A DNA stretch of 64,000 nucleotides from a virus, in IMG/VR virus record IMGVR_UViG_3300042691_041718, positions 122,466 to 186,465 of that record; one strand, written 5' to 3'. Below, piece after piece: positions 10,419-19,693 of this stretch. The notes under the pieces are model-generated. The model was not told where the DNA came from. It was given only the letters and a program-made list of their open reading frames with translations, and made no database searches. The translations under genes and the position numbers were made by a program. Numbering within the stretch: position 1 is the first letter of the stretch; the number at the start of each line of letters is the position of its first letter.

Positions 10419-10440
10419 AAAGACCTCATAAGAGGTCTTT
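10419..10440 (-). terminator. intergenic hairpin terminator
   Basis: AAAGACCTC-ATAA-GAGGTCTTT. Confidence 0.8.
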
Positions 10441-10443
10441 TAT

Positions 10444-10668
10444 TTATTCGGTTACTTCTCCCGGAAGTTCAGCAATGATCGGATTGTGAGGAATCTCAAC
10501 CAACTCAGAAATCCAAGCGAATTCAGTTCCTGTATATCCTTGAACTTCTTCGATAGAGATAAACCAGTTACCGTCTGCATCTAAAGTTGGGTTGAAGAAA
10601 GTTTCACCATCCCATTTTTGACCAACTAATTGATCTTTTTGTTCTAAAGTTAATTTATAGACTTTCAT
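10444..10668 (-). CDS. small fibre-associated protein (paralogue of 10162-10389)
   Basis: MKVYKLTLEQKDQLVGQ...FFNPTLDADGNWFIS. Confidence 0.75.
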   Translation of the reverse strand: MKVYKLTLEQKDQLVGQKWDGETFFNPTLDADGNWFISIEEVQGYTGTEFAWISELVEIPHNPIIAELPGEVTE

Positions 10669-10684
10669 AATATTTTATTTTTTT

Positions 10685-10906
10685 TTATTTTAATTCTGGT
10701 TGAGTAATTTCAAATTCAATTGGGGCACCTAATATTGTCTCAATAGATTCGTCAAATGTGATGTACCAAAATCCATCTAATTCAGCATTTTGATAATCTA
10801 CCCAGTGTTGAGTAACACATCCTTCTTTCGGATATCCGAAATGGGTGTCGCATTGTGTTCTAGCAGCAATTGCTTCTGCTTCTGTCATAAATTTGTAACC
10901 TTTCAT
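10685..10906 (-). CDS. small fibre-associated protein (paralogue of 14122-14343)
   Basis: MKGYKF.TEAEAIAAR...WVDY...ELDGFWYI...PIEFEITQPE. Confidence 0.75.
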   Translation of the reverse strand: MKGYKFMTEAEAIAARTQCDTHFGYPKEGCVTQHWVDYQNAELDGFWYITFDESIETILGAPIEFEITQPELK

Positions 10907-10957
10907 GTTAATTTATTTTTTTATTTTATTTATCATAAAACTATAATTATGATAATT

Positions 10958-12589
10958 TTATACGTTGTATCTAACTCTTCCAGCATTGAAGTTTTGTAAA
11001 ACTTCCGCTGCAGAAAGTTCTCGGTCATATATATGCATTGCTCCAAGAATACCTCTACCTGAACTTGTAGATGTAGCCGAATTAACACCCCATCCAGCAT
11101 TTGATGCTCTAAGTCCAGAACATGTCATTGTATTTGTTGCCTGTAACACACCATTTACATACATTTTAACATACGAATTTGGCTTCCAAACTACATAAAC
11201 ATTATACCAAACATCAGATTGTACAGTTGTTGTTGATTGAAATGTTCCTGAAATTGAACCAGACGTTGGAACAATGTTAATACCGAATTTAGAACCAATA
11301 GACATACTCAGAATAAAACTCCATCCACCACCATAAGAATCATGTCCTCTTGTTATAGCATAAAAACCATTATGTCTTGAAGAAACTTTAAACCATCCAC
11401 CTACCGTAAATGTACCTGTATCAGATCCTTTATAAAGTGTTTGTAAATAATCCGGCGAAGTACCAGATTGATACAGCTTAGTACCACCCGCAGTGTTATC
11501 AGAATTTCGAAATCTAAGTTCAGGTATACCCAAATCAGATTTATTATATTCTATAAAACGATTTTGCCAATCATATTGATTTAATCTAATTACTGTACCA
11601 TTATTACTATTACCACTACTATCAACCAATACATCATTTTGATAGTAATATAATCCTGGTAGGTCAGATGTTAATGATCTTTCATTTGGTGGAGTTTGAT
11701 TTTGAGCATCAATATTAATTTTTAAACCATTTGTAACTAATACATCGGTTGATGTATTAGTATTAATTGTTAATGGTGCAATAGAAGTTCCAATTTGTCT
11801 TGATAGAGATGAATTAAATCTTTGAACTGCGATATACATTAAATATGATTCCATCGTATTTAAAGCACTTGTTATATAAGCAGTTGAATATCTATTCGTT
11901 GAAGAAGAAGATCCAATTTTTACAGTTGAATTCGGATTTATTTTAGTTGTCGCAACTGTCTGTCTAGCACCTTGAACCTCTAAACCATCTTTAAACCAAC
12001 AAAAATATGTAGTATTATATCTTTTTAATTCATTTAAACCAGTAACAGTTGTTGGACTAATATAAAATGAAAACCAATCATGTGATGGAATACTTCTAAA
12101 AAACATTAAAGTTGGACTCGAAACAAAAGAATCTATTGAACCGTTTGTAGAATCATACGCTGAAATATCAGATCTAAATCCTCTAACATTGGAAGATTGG
12201 ATCGGATTATCATTTATATAAATACCAAAATTATGTTCGGTACTATTTGCACCAAAAGCGCTTCTTAAATTTAATTGAGTATCAGCAATTGTGTTTGATC
12301 CATTTGATTTAACACCATTTGAATCATGAATCCAACCGCCACTAAATGTTAAACTGTATATTTGTGTGTTAACTAAATTTAATCTATGAGATTCAGCATT
12401 TCCACCAACGAAAGGATAGAAAGCCTTTATTTTAGTCCAAAGACCATATCTTTTCAGATCTTTAACTAAAGTGTTAACTGCGGATTTTTGAGTTGTATCA
12501 GTAAGACCTGCAGCTAATGAAAAGGCTGTAGCGTCAGTATCTAGTCCTAAATCAACATAAGGTCTCCAACCTACTTTAATTTGTGTCAT
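10958..12589 (-). CDS. fibre/adhesin protein: one YPFVGG domain plus a C-terminal LamG-like domain
   Basis: MTQIKVGWR; KIKAFYPFVGG; C-terminal YVNGVLQ...IYDRELSAAEVLQNF. Confidence 0.7.
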   Translation of the reverse strand: MTQIKVGWRPYVDLGLDTDATAFSLAAGLTDTTQKSAVNTLVKDLKRYGLWTKIKAFYPFVGGNAESHRLNLVNTQIYSLTFSGGWIHDSNGVKSNGSNTIADTQLNLRSAFGANSTEHNFGIYINDNPIQSSNVRGFRSDISAYDSTNGSIDSFVSSPTLMFFRSIPSHDWFSFYISPTTVTGLNELKRYNTTYFCWFKDGLEVQGARQTVATTKINPNSTVKIGSSSSTNRYSTAYITSALNTMESYLMYIAVQRFNSSLSRQIGTSIAPLTINTNTSTDVLVTNGLKINIDAQNQTPPNERSLTSDLPGLYYYQNDVLVDSSGNSNNGTVIRLNQYDWQNRFIEYNKSDLGIPELRFRNSDNTAGGTKLYQSGTSPDYLQTLYKGSDTGTFTVGGWFKVSSRHNGFYAITRGHDSYGGGWSFILSMSIGSKFGINIVPTSGSISGTFQSTTTVQSDVWYNVYVVWKPNSYVKMYVNGVLQATNTMTCSGLRASNAGWGVNSATSTSSGRGILGAMHIYDRELSAAEVLQNFNAGRVRYNV

Positions 12590-12605
12590 AGTTTTTTATT
12601 ATTTT

Positions 12606-14105
12606 TTAGTATATTGAATAGAATGAATTAATACTTGATTCAATGATATTTCTATCAGAACTCACATCACCATTAAATAACACCATTTCTGATGCATAAA
12701 ATTGACCGGAATTACTTAAACCTAATTGTAGACCTTTCCAATTCGTAGTTGTAAGATTTTTACTATATGTTGAACCATTCTTACCAACTTTAGCACTATT
12801 TGAAGATATATTCATAAAATGTAGTGTTTGGTTTGTATCTACAATATCTTCTCCGTTAATTAAATTATTGTCAGCTGTATATAGAGTATAAGCATATCTT
12901 CCTAAACCAATAAAATATCTTATCCAGTAATTCCTATTGTTTTCTAATCCAGACAGTATTGGGAAGTCGTAGATACTTCCATATATTTTCATATTTATGA
13001 ATATGCTAAATGGTCTATTTAATGTTATCGAATTTAATGGTAAACCTAACCATTTTCTAGTAGTTCCAGAAAAAAGAAAAGAAAGAGTAGGTTTTCCATT
13101 TAGAGCTATCAATGTGCTATCTTCAATAATTGATGGCTGATTTGCAGAAGTTGTTTGTGATATATTCATATTATTACCCGACTGGTCATACCATATTGAT
13201 ACAAACCCAGAACCAGGAAGAGTATTAGTAGTTTTAGAATATGGTTTTAATTCTTGATAACTATCATCATCATTTTTAAGAGTTATTTGTAACCCCCACA
13301 ATAAATACTTACCATTCACATTACCATTCCAAGTTTGTCCATAACTAGGTGCGTTTACAATTGGAACACCACCATTGGTAGTTGCTGGAACTCTACCTAT
13401 TGCTATAGGTGTTTTTGTTGATTGACTTTCAGTACCAGTTTTTGGTGGTCTTTTTCCCCACATAGAACATCTCCACCAACCATTACCTTCATCAGACATA
13501 GAAGCACCTAAAACTCCTAATGAACCTCCAAAAATATTAAGGTCAGCAATATAATCAACATTACCAGTTTCTAAATTAAAAACTACAGTTGAACCACCAC
13601 TTGAATTACCACTTCTTTGTTGACGGAGCATTATTTTATTTTCAGTAAGTGTATTATCTGGTGATTTCTTAACATAAAAACTCATATTCCAACTACCCCC
13701 TACGAGAAGACCACTCTGAACATCTTCCCTATAGAAATAATGGTCCGTTGTTGTTGCTGTTTCAGTAAATAAATCAGCAGTTTGTGTACCATCTGGTGCT
13801 ATACCAGCATTAGGTGTTATAGTAACTCCGTTTTTTGACCAGTACGCATTATCTAGGTCTTCTGAATAATAAAATTTATTATTTGAACCAACGAATGTTG
13901 TTAATGCTACCGTATCCAAATTACCATCATTATCAAAACCAATGTCTTGTGATTGATTATCACTGGACCTTCTAACTCTGACTGCCGGTCCTGTATAAGA
14001 TCCATTTAATTTTCTCAGTGAGTATGCAGCAGCCGAACCCCCACTATAGATGTCTAATAAGTAAGGACTTACGTACTTTCTCCAGCCTACTCTTGATTGT
14101 GTCAT
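12606..14105 (-). CDS. fibre/adhesin protein: AbfB-like domain with an inserted spike-like domain
   Basis: MTQSRVGWR; AAYSLRKL; YSEDLDNAYW...DEGNGWWRCS; FVSIWYDQSGN. Confidence 0.7.
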   Translation of the reverse strand: MTQSRVGWRKYVSPYLLDIYSGGSAAAYSLRKLNGSYTGPAVRVRRSSDNQSQDIGFDNDGNLDTVALTTFVGSNNKFYYSEDLDNAYWSKNGVTITPNAGIAPDGTQTADLFTETATTTDHYFYREDVQSGLLVGGSWNMSFYVKKSPDNTLTENKIMLRQQRSGNSSGGSTVVFNLETGNVDYIADLNIFGGSLGVLGASMSDEGNGWWRCSMWGKRPPKTGTESQSTKTPIAIGRVPATTNGGVPIVNAPSYGQTWNGNVNGKYLLWGLQITLKNDDDSYQELKPYSKTTNTLPGSGFVSIWYDQSGNNMNISQTTSANQPSIIEDSTLIALNGKPTLSFLFSGTTRKWLGLPLNSITLNRPFSIFINMKIYGSIYDFPILSGLENNRNYWIRYFIGLGRYAYTLYTADNNLINGEDIVDTNQTLHFMNISSNSAKVGKNGSTYSKNLTTTNWKGLQLGLSNSGQFYASEMVLFNGDVSSDRNIIESSINSFYSIY

Positions 14106-14121
14106 AGTTTTTTATTATTTT

Positions 14122-14343
14122 TTAATTTATCTCCGGTTGAGTAACCTCGAATTCAATTGGTTCTCCTAAGACTTGTTCTAAACCTTCTACATGTTGAATG
14201 TAGTAGAACCCATCTAATTCTGAATGGTTGTAGTTTACCCAATATAAGGTATCACCAGTTGGGTTTGGTAAACCCATATAAGTAGCGGCTTGACTTCTTG
14301 CCATAATTGCTTCTTCTTCTGTTGTGTATTTATATCCTGTCAT
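14122..14343 (-). CDS. small fibre-associated protein (paralogue of 10685-10906)
   Basis: MTGYKYTTEEEAIMAR...WVNY...ELDGFYYI...PIEFEVTQPE. Confidence 0.75.
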   Translation of the reverse strand: MTGYKYTTEEEAIMARSQAATYMGLPNPTGDTLYWVNYNHSELDGFYYIQHVEGLEQVLGEPIEFEVTQPEIN

Positions 14344-14359
14344 AATTTATTTTATTTTT

Positions 14360-15862
14360 TTAGTAGATTGAGTAGTATGAGTTTATGTTTGATGAGATAC
14401 CTGTTCGGTTAGATGATTGGTCAACATTATAATAAGCCACTATTTCTTGTATGTTACCTTTTAATTTAAAGTTTGTACCTATTTCATCAGCACCTATTGA
14501 TAACGGTTGTGTAAATGTTGGTAGTGATGTGTTAGTTGTACCATCAAAACTCATAGTTTCTTGTACGTTATTTCTATAACTCTTTATACGTAAAGCACTT
14601 GTAACGTTTAATAAATCGGTTTGTTGTTCGTAAAGATATTGAGTGTTAATATTATATACACCAAAATCATAAGTTTTACTAGTTGTTACATCTCTCACTG
14701 ACATAATTGACCTTGCATTACTACGGTACCCAGAAAAATATACAGACATGTTGAATTGTTTAAAATGTCCTATTACTTGAGATGTTATGTTATTTGTTTC
14801 AATACTTGACACATGTGCTACATATACTTTATCAGTACTAGTAAATGGATAATTACTTGTAACTAAAAAGTCGTTCGAACCATCAAATTTTATTGTTGGT
14901 TTACCATTTGTAGTTATTAATGAACCATTACTTACTATTTGAGGTTGACTGGCAGATGCTTGTTGGGAAGCGTCATATGTTGATGATTGGTCATACCATA
15001 TGGATACGAATCCATTACCAGCTGTAGTTGTTGTTGTAGTTTTTGTATATGGTTGTGTTGTTAATACTGACGTATCGTTTAACGCTTTTTGAAATTGATA
15101 ACCCCATATGTAAATGTTTGATTGTACGTTACCAGGGTATAGTGAAGTATTGAGCGTATTTAAATTATTATTAAATCTAATTACACCTACTTGAGAACGG
15201 TTTCCAGTTACTGTTACTGTACCCCACACTGAACATCTCCACCAACCATTTCCAGCATCAACAATTGATGAACCAAAATTAGCATCATTAGATGCGTTCG
15301 AACTATCTAATACAGTACCTGATGATATATTAAATAGAACACAAGGAAGTGAAAAAACATTCCCCGTTGGGCTAGGAAATCCCAGAATAATTGTATCAGG
15401 TGCCGATGTTCCTGGTCCTTTTTTAACGTATACACTCACATTCCAACTTGTTCCAACAGCAAACGATAAAGATGTAGCGTTGTATAATGTGTGATAATTA
15501 TTAGCTGTGCTTTCTGCTAATAAATCGGCAGTCATTGTACCATCAGGTGCCGTTGTTTGATTTGAGGTAATGGTTGTAATATATTTACTCCAATAAACAT
15601 TATCAAATTCCTCAGAATATAATGCTTGGTTATTTGCACCGACAAAATTCAACATCGATGTTGTATCTAAATTACCATTTGCATCGAATCCGATGTCTTG
15701 GGATGTATTGTCAGACGAACGTCTAACACGAATTGCACTACCAGCGTATGCGTTTCTTAGTTTACGTAATGAGTAAGCTGCTGCCGCTCCATTATAAGTG
15801 TCTAAAAGGTATGATACTGGTTGTAAATTACCTGACCTCCATCCAACTTTTGTTTGTGTCAT
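14360..15862 (-). CDS. fibre/adhesin protein: AbfB-like domain with an inserted spike-like domain
   Basis: MTQTKVGWR; AAYSLRKL; YSEEFDNVYW...DAGNGWWRCS; NGFVSIWYDQS; IKFDGSNDFL. Confidence 0.7.
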   Translation of the reverse strand: MTQTKVGWRSGNLQPVSYLLDTYNGAAAAYSLRKLRNAYAGSAIRVRRSSDNTSQDIGFDANGNLDTTSMLNFVGANNQALYSEEFDNVYWSKYITTITSNQTTAPDGTMTADLLAESTANNYHTLYNATSLSFAVGTSWNVSVYVKKGPGTSAPDTIILGFPSPTGNVFSLPCVLFNISSGTVLDSSNASNDANFGSSIVDAGNGWWRCSVWGTVTVTGNRSQVGVIRFNNNLNTLNTSLYPGNVQSNIYIWGYQFQKALNDTSVLTTQPYTKTTTTTTAGNGFVSIWYDQSSTYDASQQASASQPQIVSNGSLITTNGKPTIKFDGSNDFLVTSNYPFTSTDKVYVAHVSSIETNNITSQVIGHFKQFNMSVYFSGYRSNARSIMSVRDVTTSKTYDFGVYNINTQYLYEQQTDLLNVTSALRIKSYRNNVQETMSFDGTTNTSLPTFTQPLSIGADEIGTNFKLKGNIQEIVAYYNVDQSSNRTGISSNINSYYSIY

Positions 15863-15883
15863 TATTTTTTATTTATTTTTTAG

Positions 15884-15915
15884 AAAAGAGTGTTCCTATT
15901 ATGAAACACTCTTTT
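15884..15915 (-). terminator. intergenic hairpin terminator
   Basis: AAAAGAGTGTT...AACACTCTTTT 11-bp stem. Confidence 0.75.
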
Positions 15916-15926
15916 ATTTTTTATTT

Positions 15927-18518
15927 TTAAATTAATCCATAAACACCATAAGCTCTAACTTTTGATCCATTATCTGGAGCAATTTCAAAAGTTACGGATT
16001 CTACTTTGTTATCGATATCAAAGTTAGGAGTATAATCTCCACTATCTTGTAATAGACCGTTAACATAGATTAACTCAGATCCACTTCTAACTGGAACACT
16101 CAATGTAAATGTTGTAATAATACCATTAGCAGATTCAACAATACTTACGTGTTTAGCATATATAGTTTCTAAGTCGTAAGCAATAGAAGCTTCTGCAGAC
16201 TCAGCTCTTGAAATTTCTGAATCTAAGTTATCAACAACCTCAGCAAATGAGTCAATTGAAGTTAAGTCAGTGTTAGCAATAATGTAAGATACCTCAGTCG
16301 ATAATACCGTAGCAATAGATCCCTCAGCAGCAGTAGCTCTCGAAATCTCAGCAGATAATGCACTATCTAGGGAATTATCAGCAGAAACTCTATTAGAAAC
16401 TTCAGAAGATAAATCAGCACCTAATAAATTAGATAAAGATAACTCAGCTGATGTTGCTCTTGAAATTTCCGAAGAAAGACCAGTAGCAATTGAGTTATCA
16501 GCAGCTAATCTAATAGAAGCCTCAGCTGTATCAGCAGATGTTCTAGCAACTAATTCAGAAGAAAGATCAGCAGCTATTGATACATCACCAAGAACTCTTA
16601 AAGAAGCCTCTGTTGAAACCGCATCTGCTCTGTTAACTAATTCGGAAGAAAGATCAGCAGCTATTGAATTGTCAGCAGAAATTCTATTTGATAATTCAGT
16701 GGATAATGCAGCATCGTTTGATAATACATAAGATGCAAATGCTTGATCATTGGTTGTATCAACAGAGTTAATTAATGAAACAATTTCAGCAAATGAGTCT
16801 TTATCAGCATCTGAAGCTAATAAAATAGCATCAATTCGATCTTTTTCTATAGAAAGCTTAGTATCTAAAGAGGCATCACCAGCAACTCTTAAAGAGGTTT
16901 CAGTAGAAACCGCAGATGCTCTAGCAACTAATTCAGAAGAAAGACCAGCAGCTATTGAATTATCAGCAGAAGCTCTAGCAACTAATTCAGAAGAAAGACC
17001 AGCAGCTATTGAATTATCAGCAACTAATCTTGTAGAAGCCTCAGTAGAAATTTGAGCACTTGTATAAGCCTTAGTAACTAAAGATAAATCACCAAATCCA
17101 GCTAATGAAGCTGGTTGAGCAGCAACGTTAATTAAACCAGAGAAAGTACGAGTGCCACTTGCAGGCGCACCAACCGATTCCATCAATCTAACTGTGTTAG
17201 TAGTAGCATCAACCTCAATTGTAGAACCATCAGTCATTGGAAAAGAGTTTATAACAGAAGCATCAGCAGAAATTCTAGCAACTAATTCAGCAGATAAGTT
17301 AGCAGCAATTGAAGCATCAGCAGAAGCTCTAGCAACTAATTCAGAAGAAAGACCAGCAGCAATTGAGTTATCAGCAGAAGCTCTAGCAACTAATTCAGAA
17401 GAAAGACCAGCAGCTATTGAATTATCAGCAGCTAATCTAATAGAAGCCTCAGCTGTATCAGCAGAAGCTCTAGCAACTAATTCAGAAGAAAGACCAGCAG
17501 CTATTGAATTATCAGCAGCTAATCTAATAGAAGCCTCAGCAGATAAATCGGATGAGTTATTAACATTTAAATTACTAATTAAAGTAGCTAAAGATGAATC
17601 ACCAGCAACTCTATTAGACAACTCAGTTGATAAATTTAAAGTTAACGAAAGCTCAGAGGATTCAGCTCTTGCTTGCTCAGCATCAACATCAGAAATACGA
17701 GCTTCAACTTCAGAAGAAAGATCTAAAGCAATAGAAGTATCTCCGGAAATCCTAGCTACGATTTCAGATGAGATAGCAGCAGCTCTATCAACTAATTCAG
17801 TTGATAAGTTAGCAGCTATTGAATCATCTGCAGCTAATCTTGTAGAAGCCTCAGCAGCGATTGCATTACTAGCTGATCCAGATAATAATGTGATGGCATT
17901 ATTCATATCACTATCAGCATTTTGGAATGCAGTAACGATTTCAGTTAAAGAGTCAATAGCTGAAGGATCTGTATTAGAAATAACAAAATCAACTTTTGTA
18001 TTCAATGAAGCTTCTGCTTCAATTGCTCTAGATGCTTCTGAACTTAAATCTGTTGCTAATGATAATTCAGCAGCTTCGGCTCTTGATTGTTCAGCATCAA
18101 CATCAGCTAATCTAGCTGAAGATTCGATCGAAATGTTGTTTTGTAAAGATTGTTCAGCAACGATTCTAGTAGAAATCTCAGCAGACATAGCAGCAGTTAC
18201 AGATAAATCCGCAATATCTCTATAATTTGCTTCATCAGCTAATGCGTTTTCTAAAGATAAATCACCAACAACTCTTAAAGATGCTTCAGAAGAAACAGCA
18301 GCAGTTCTTAAAGATTCCTCATTTGATAATGCAGTTTGTAAAGATAAATCACTGGAAACTCTTAAAGAAGCTTCAACACTCTCTTTAGTATCGATAGATG
18401 CGATAGTTGAAACCAATCCATTAATATCATCAATAACGATACCAACAGGAGCGGTAATCTGTGCGTTGTCCAATATTAAATCGGACTGTCTATTTAATAC
18501 AATTTTTGTACTTGACAT
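15927..18518 (-). CDS. long coiled-coil repeat virion fibre protein
   Basis: Many SSELVARASADNSIAAGL-type 18-aa repeats, three D(S)xxEIV knuckles (IDSLTEIV, KDSFAEIV, IDSFAEVV), and a C-terminal beta domain with YVNGLLQD. Confidence 0.75.
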   Translation of the reverse strand: MSSTKIVLNRQSDLILDNAQITAPVGIVIDDINGLVSTIASIDTKESVEASLRVSSDLSLQTALSNEESLRTAAVSSEASLRVVGDLSLENALADEANYRDIADLSVTAAMSAEISTRIVAEQSLQNNISIESSARLADVDAEQSRAEAAELSLATDLSSEASRAIEAEASLNTKVDFVISNTDPSAIDSLTEIVTAFQNADSDMNNAITLLSGSASNAIAAEASTRLAADDSIAANLSTELVDRAAAISSEIVARISGDTSIALDLSSEVEARISDVDAEQARAESSELSLTLNLSTELSNRVAGDSSLATLISNLNVNNSSDLSAEASIRLAADNSIAAGLSSELVARASADTAEASIRLAADNSIAAGLSSELVARASADNSIAAGLSSELVARASADASIAANLSAELVARISADASVINSFPMTDGSTIEVDATTNTVRLMESVGAPASGTRTFSGLINVAAQPASLAGFGDLSLVTKAYTSAQISTEASTRLVADNSIAAGLSSELVARASADNSIAAGLSSELVARASAVSTETSLRVAGDASLDTKLSIEKDRIDAILLASDADKDSFAEIVSLINSVDTTNDQAFASYVLSNDAALSTELSNRISADNSIAADLSSELVNRADAVSTEASLRVLGDVSIAADLSSELVARTSADTAEASIRLAADNSIATGLSSEISRATSAELSLSNLLGADLSSEVSNRVSADNSLDSALSAEISRATAAEGSIATVLSTEVSYIIANTDLTSIDSFAEVVDNLDSEISRAESAEASIAYDLETIYAKHVSIVESANGIITTFTLSVPVRSGSELIYVNGLLQDSGDYTPNFDIDNKVESVTFEIAPDNGSKVRAYGVYGLI
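16911..17530. repeat. 54-bp coding tandem repeats (boundaries approximate)
   Basis: Repeated TCAGCAGAAGCTCTAGCAACTAATTCAGAAGAAAGACCAGCAGCTATTGAATTA units in two clusters (~16911-17030 and ~17270-17530). Confidence 0.85.
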
Positions 18519-18701
18519 AAAAAAAATTATTTGTTATTTGACAGTGTGTCGTCAATATTTTTTTCTGCTAAATACAAATATAAATTTTAATAGTTTTTTG
18601 TGGATTTTATATTATCCACGATTTTTAATATAAATATTTTATATGTTATATATTTAATAAAAATACTGTTTTTTTTTCAAACCCCTTTTTTTATTGAAAA
18701 A

Positions 18702-18932
18702 TTACATATTGTATAATAAATTTTTTATATTTTTTATAGAATTTGAATAATTTAATGGATCACAAGAACCATTTTCAGTTAAATACTCATTCACAACATC
18801 CATTAGATCAGGAGTTTGAATAAATATAAAGTTTGATTTGGATTTTACTTTTTCAACTATAAATTTGAATCCTTTTATTTTTAAATATGCTGTTAAATAT
18901 AAATCCGATGTTGTGTATTTTTTTTCGTCCAT
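18702..18932 (-). CDS. DUF5659-like small protein
   Basis: YTTSDLYLTAYLKIKGFK matches the recalled DUF5659 N-terminal pattern. Confidence 0.6.
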   Translation of the reverse strand: MDEKKYTTSDLYLTAYLKIKGFKFIVEKVKSKSNFIFIQTPDLMDVVNEYLTENGSCDPLNYSNSIKNIKNLLYNM

Positions 18933-19012
18933 TTTAATATTTTTTTTATTTATATCTTATATATTTATTTTTTTATTCAATAAATTGTATATTTCTATAT
19001 TTTTTAATTTTT

Positions 19013-19579
19013 TTAAAAGTTTTTTTCAACACTCATATAACTACATCTAATTTTAGATTCGGGTAGTGGAGCTTCATCAAAAACAATTTGGTTACCAGTT
19101 ATTATATAATCACCTTCATCTTGTAATAATCCATTTAAATATAGATGATCACTTCCTATTATGGGGTTATATAAAAGAGTAAATACTCTATTAAAACCAT
19201 CTATATCACCAATTGGAACCTCTTTATTTATTACTGTTGATTCTATCTGTTTAATAATTCTATCAGCTGTCCAAATATCTTTATTTGTTAACCCAAAATC
19301 ATTTATTTTATAACCAGATGATATAACAGATTCGGAATTAGTAGTTAATAACTCACCTTCTATAAAATTAGAATTGTTTAAACCACCTCTTTCCATTGGT
19401 AGTTGACCTTGCCAACCAACAACAAAGGAATGTGTTGATGAGTTAGTAGATGTGACAATATCAAGTAAAATGTTAGAATCACTACTTGGAATAAGATATT
19501 GAGTGGATCCTGGTGACCCATTAATACTCCTTAAAACCGTATTACTTACAATTTGTTTACCATGAATTCTTCCCTCCAT
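19013..19579 (-). CDS. putative virion protein with a YLNGLLQD beta domain
   Basis: C-terminal domain resembles the C-terminus of 15927-18518; late motif upstream. Confidence 0.65.
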   Translation of the reverse strand: MEGRIHGKQIVSNTVLRSINGSPGSTQYLIPSSDSNILLDIVTSTNSSTHSFVVGWQGQLPMERGGLNNSNFIEGELLTTNSESVISSGYKINDFGLTNKDIWTADRIIKQIESTVINKEVPIGDIDGFNRVFTLLYNPIIGSDHLYLNGLLQDEGDYIITGNQIVFDEAPLPESKIRCSYMSVEKNF

Positions 19580-19693
19580 TATAATTAATAATAATTAATT
19601 TATGTATATATATTATTAATTAATTTCTTTTTTAATTAAACATAAAAAAAGATAAAAAAAATTAATATATACTAGATAAATTAATTCACAAAA

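Noticed and set aside
3034-10440. Integron attC sites or a CRISPR array
   Set aside because: No integrase or cas genes, no GTTRRRY core sites, and the hairpins are separated by whole genes rather than ~30-40-nt spacers.
3070-15862. Diversity-generating retroelement (TR/VR) among the fibre paralogues
   Set aside because: No reverse transcriptase in the window. Differences between the near-identical copies checked (5880-6117 vs 8340-8580) are mostly synonymous and not adenine-specific.
16750-18225. Plus-strand ORFs 16750-17055 and 17152-18225
   Set aside because: Antisense mirrors of the repetitive coiled-coil gene; the repeats simply lack stops on the other strand.
18519-18701. AT-rich gap as a replication origin or ncRNA
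   Set aside because: No iterons, DnaA boxes or stable structure seen; explained by promoter and leader sequence.
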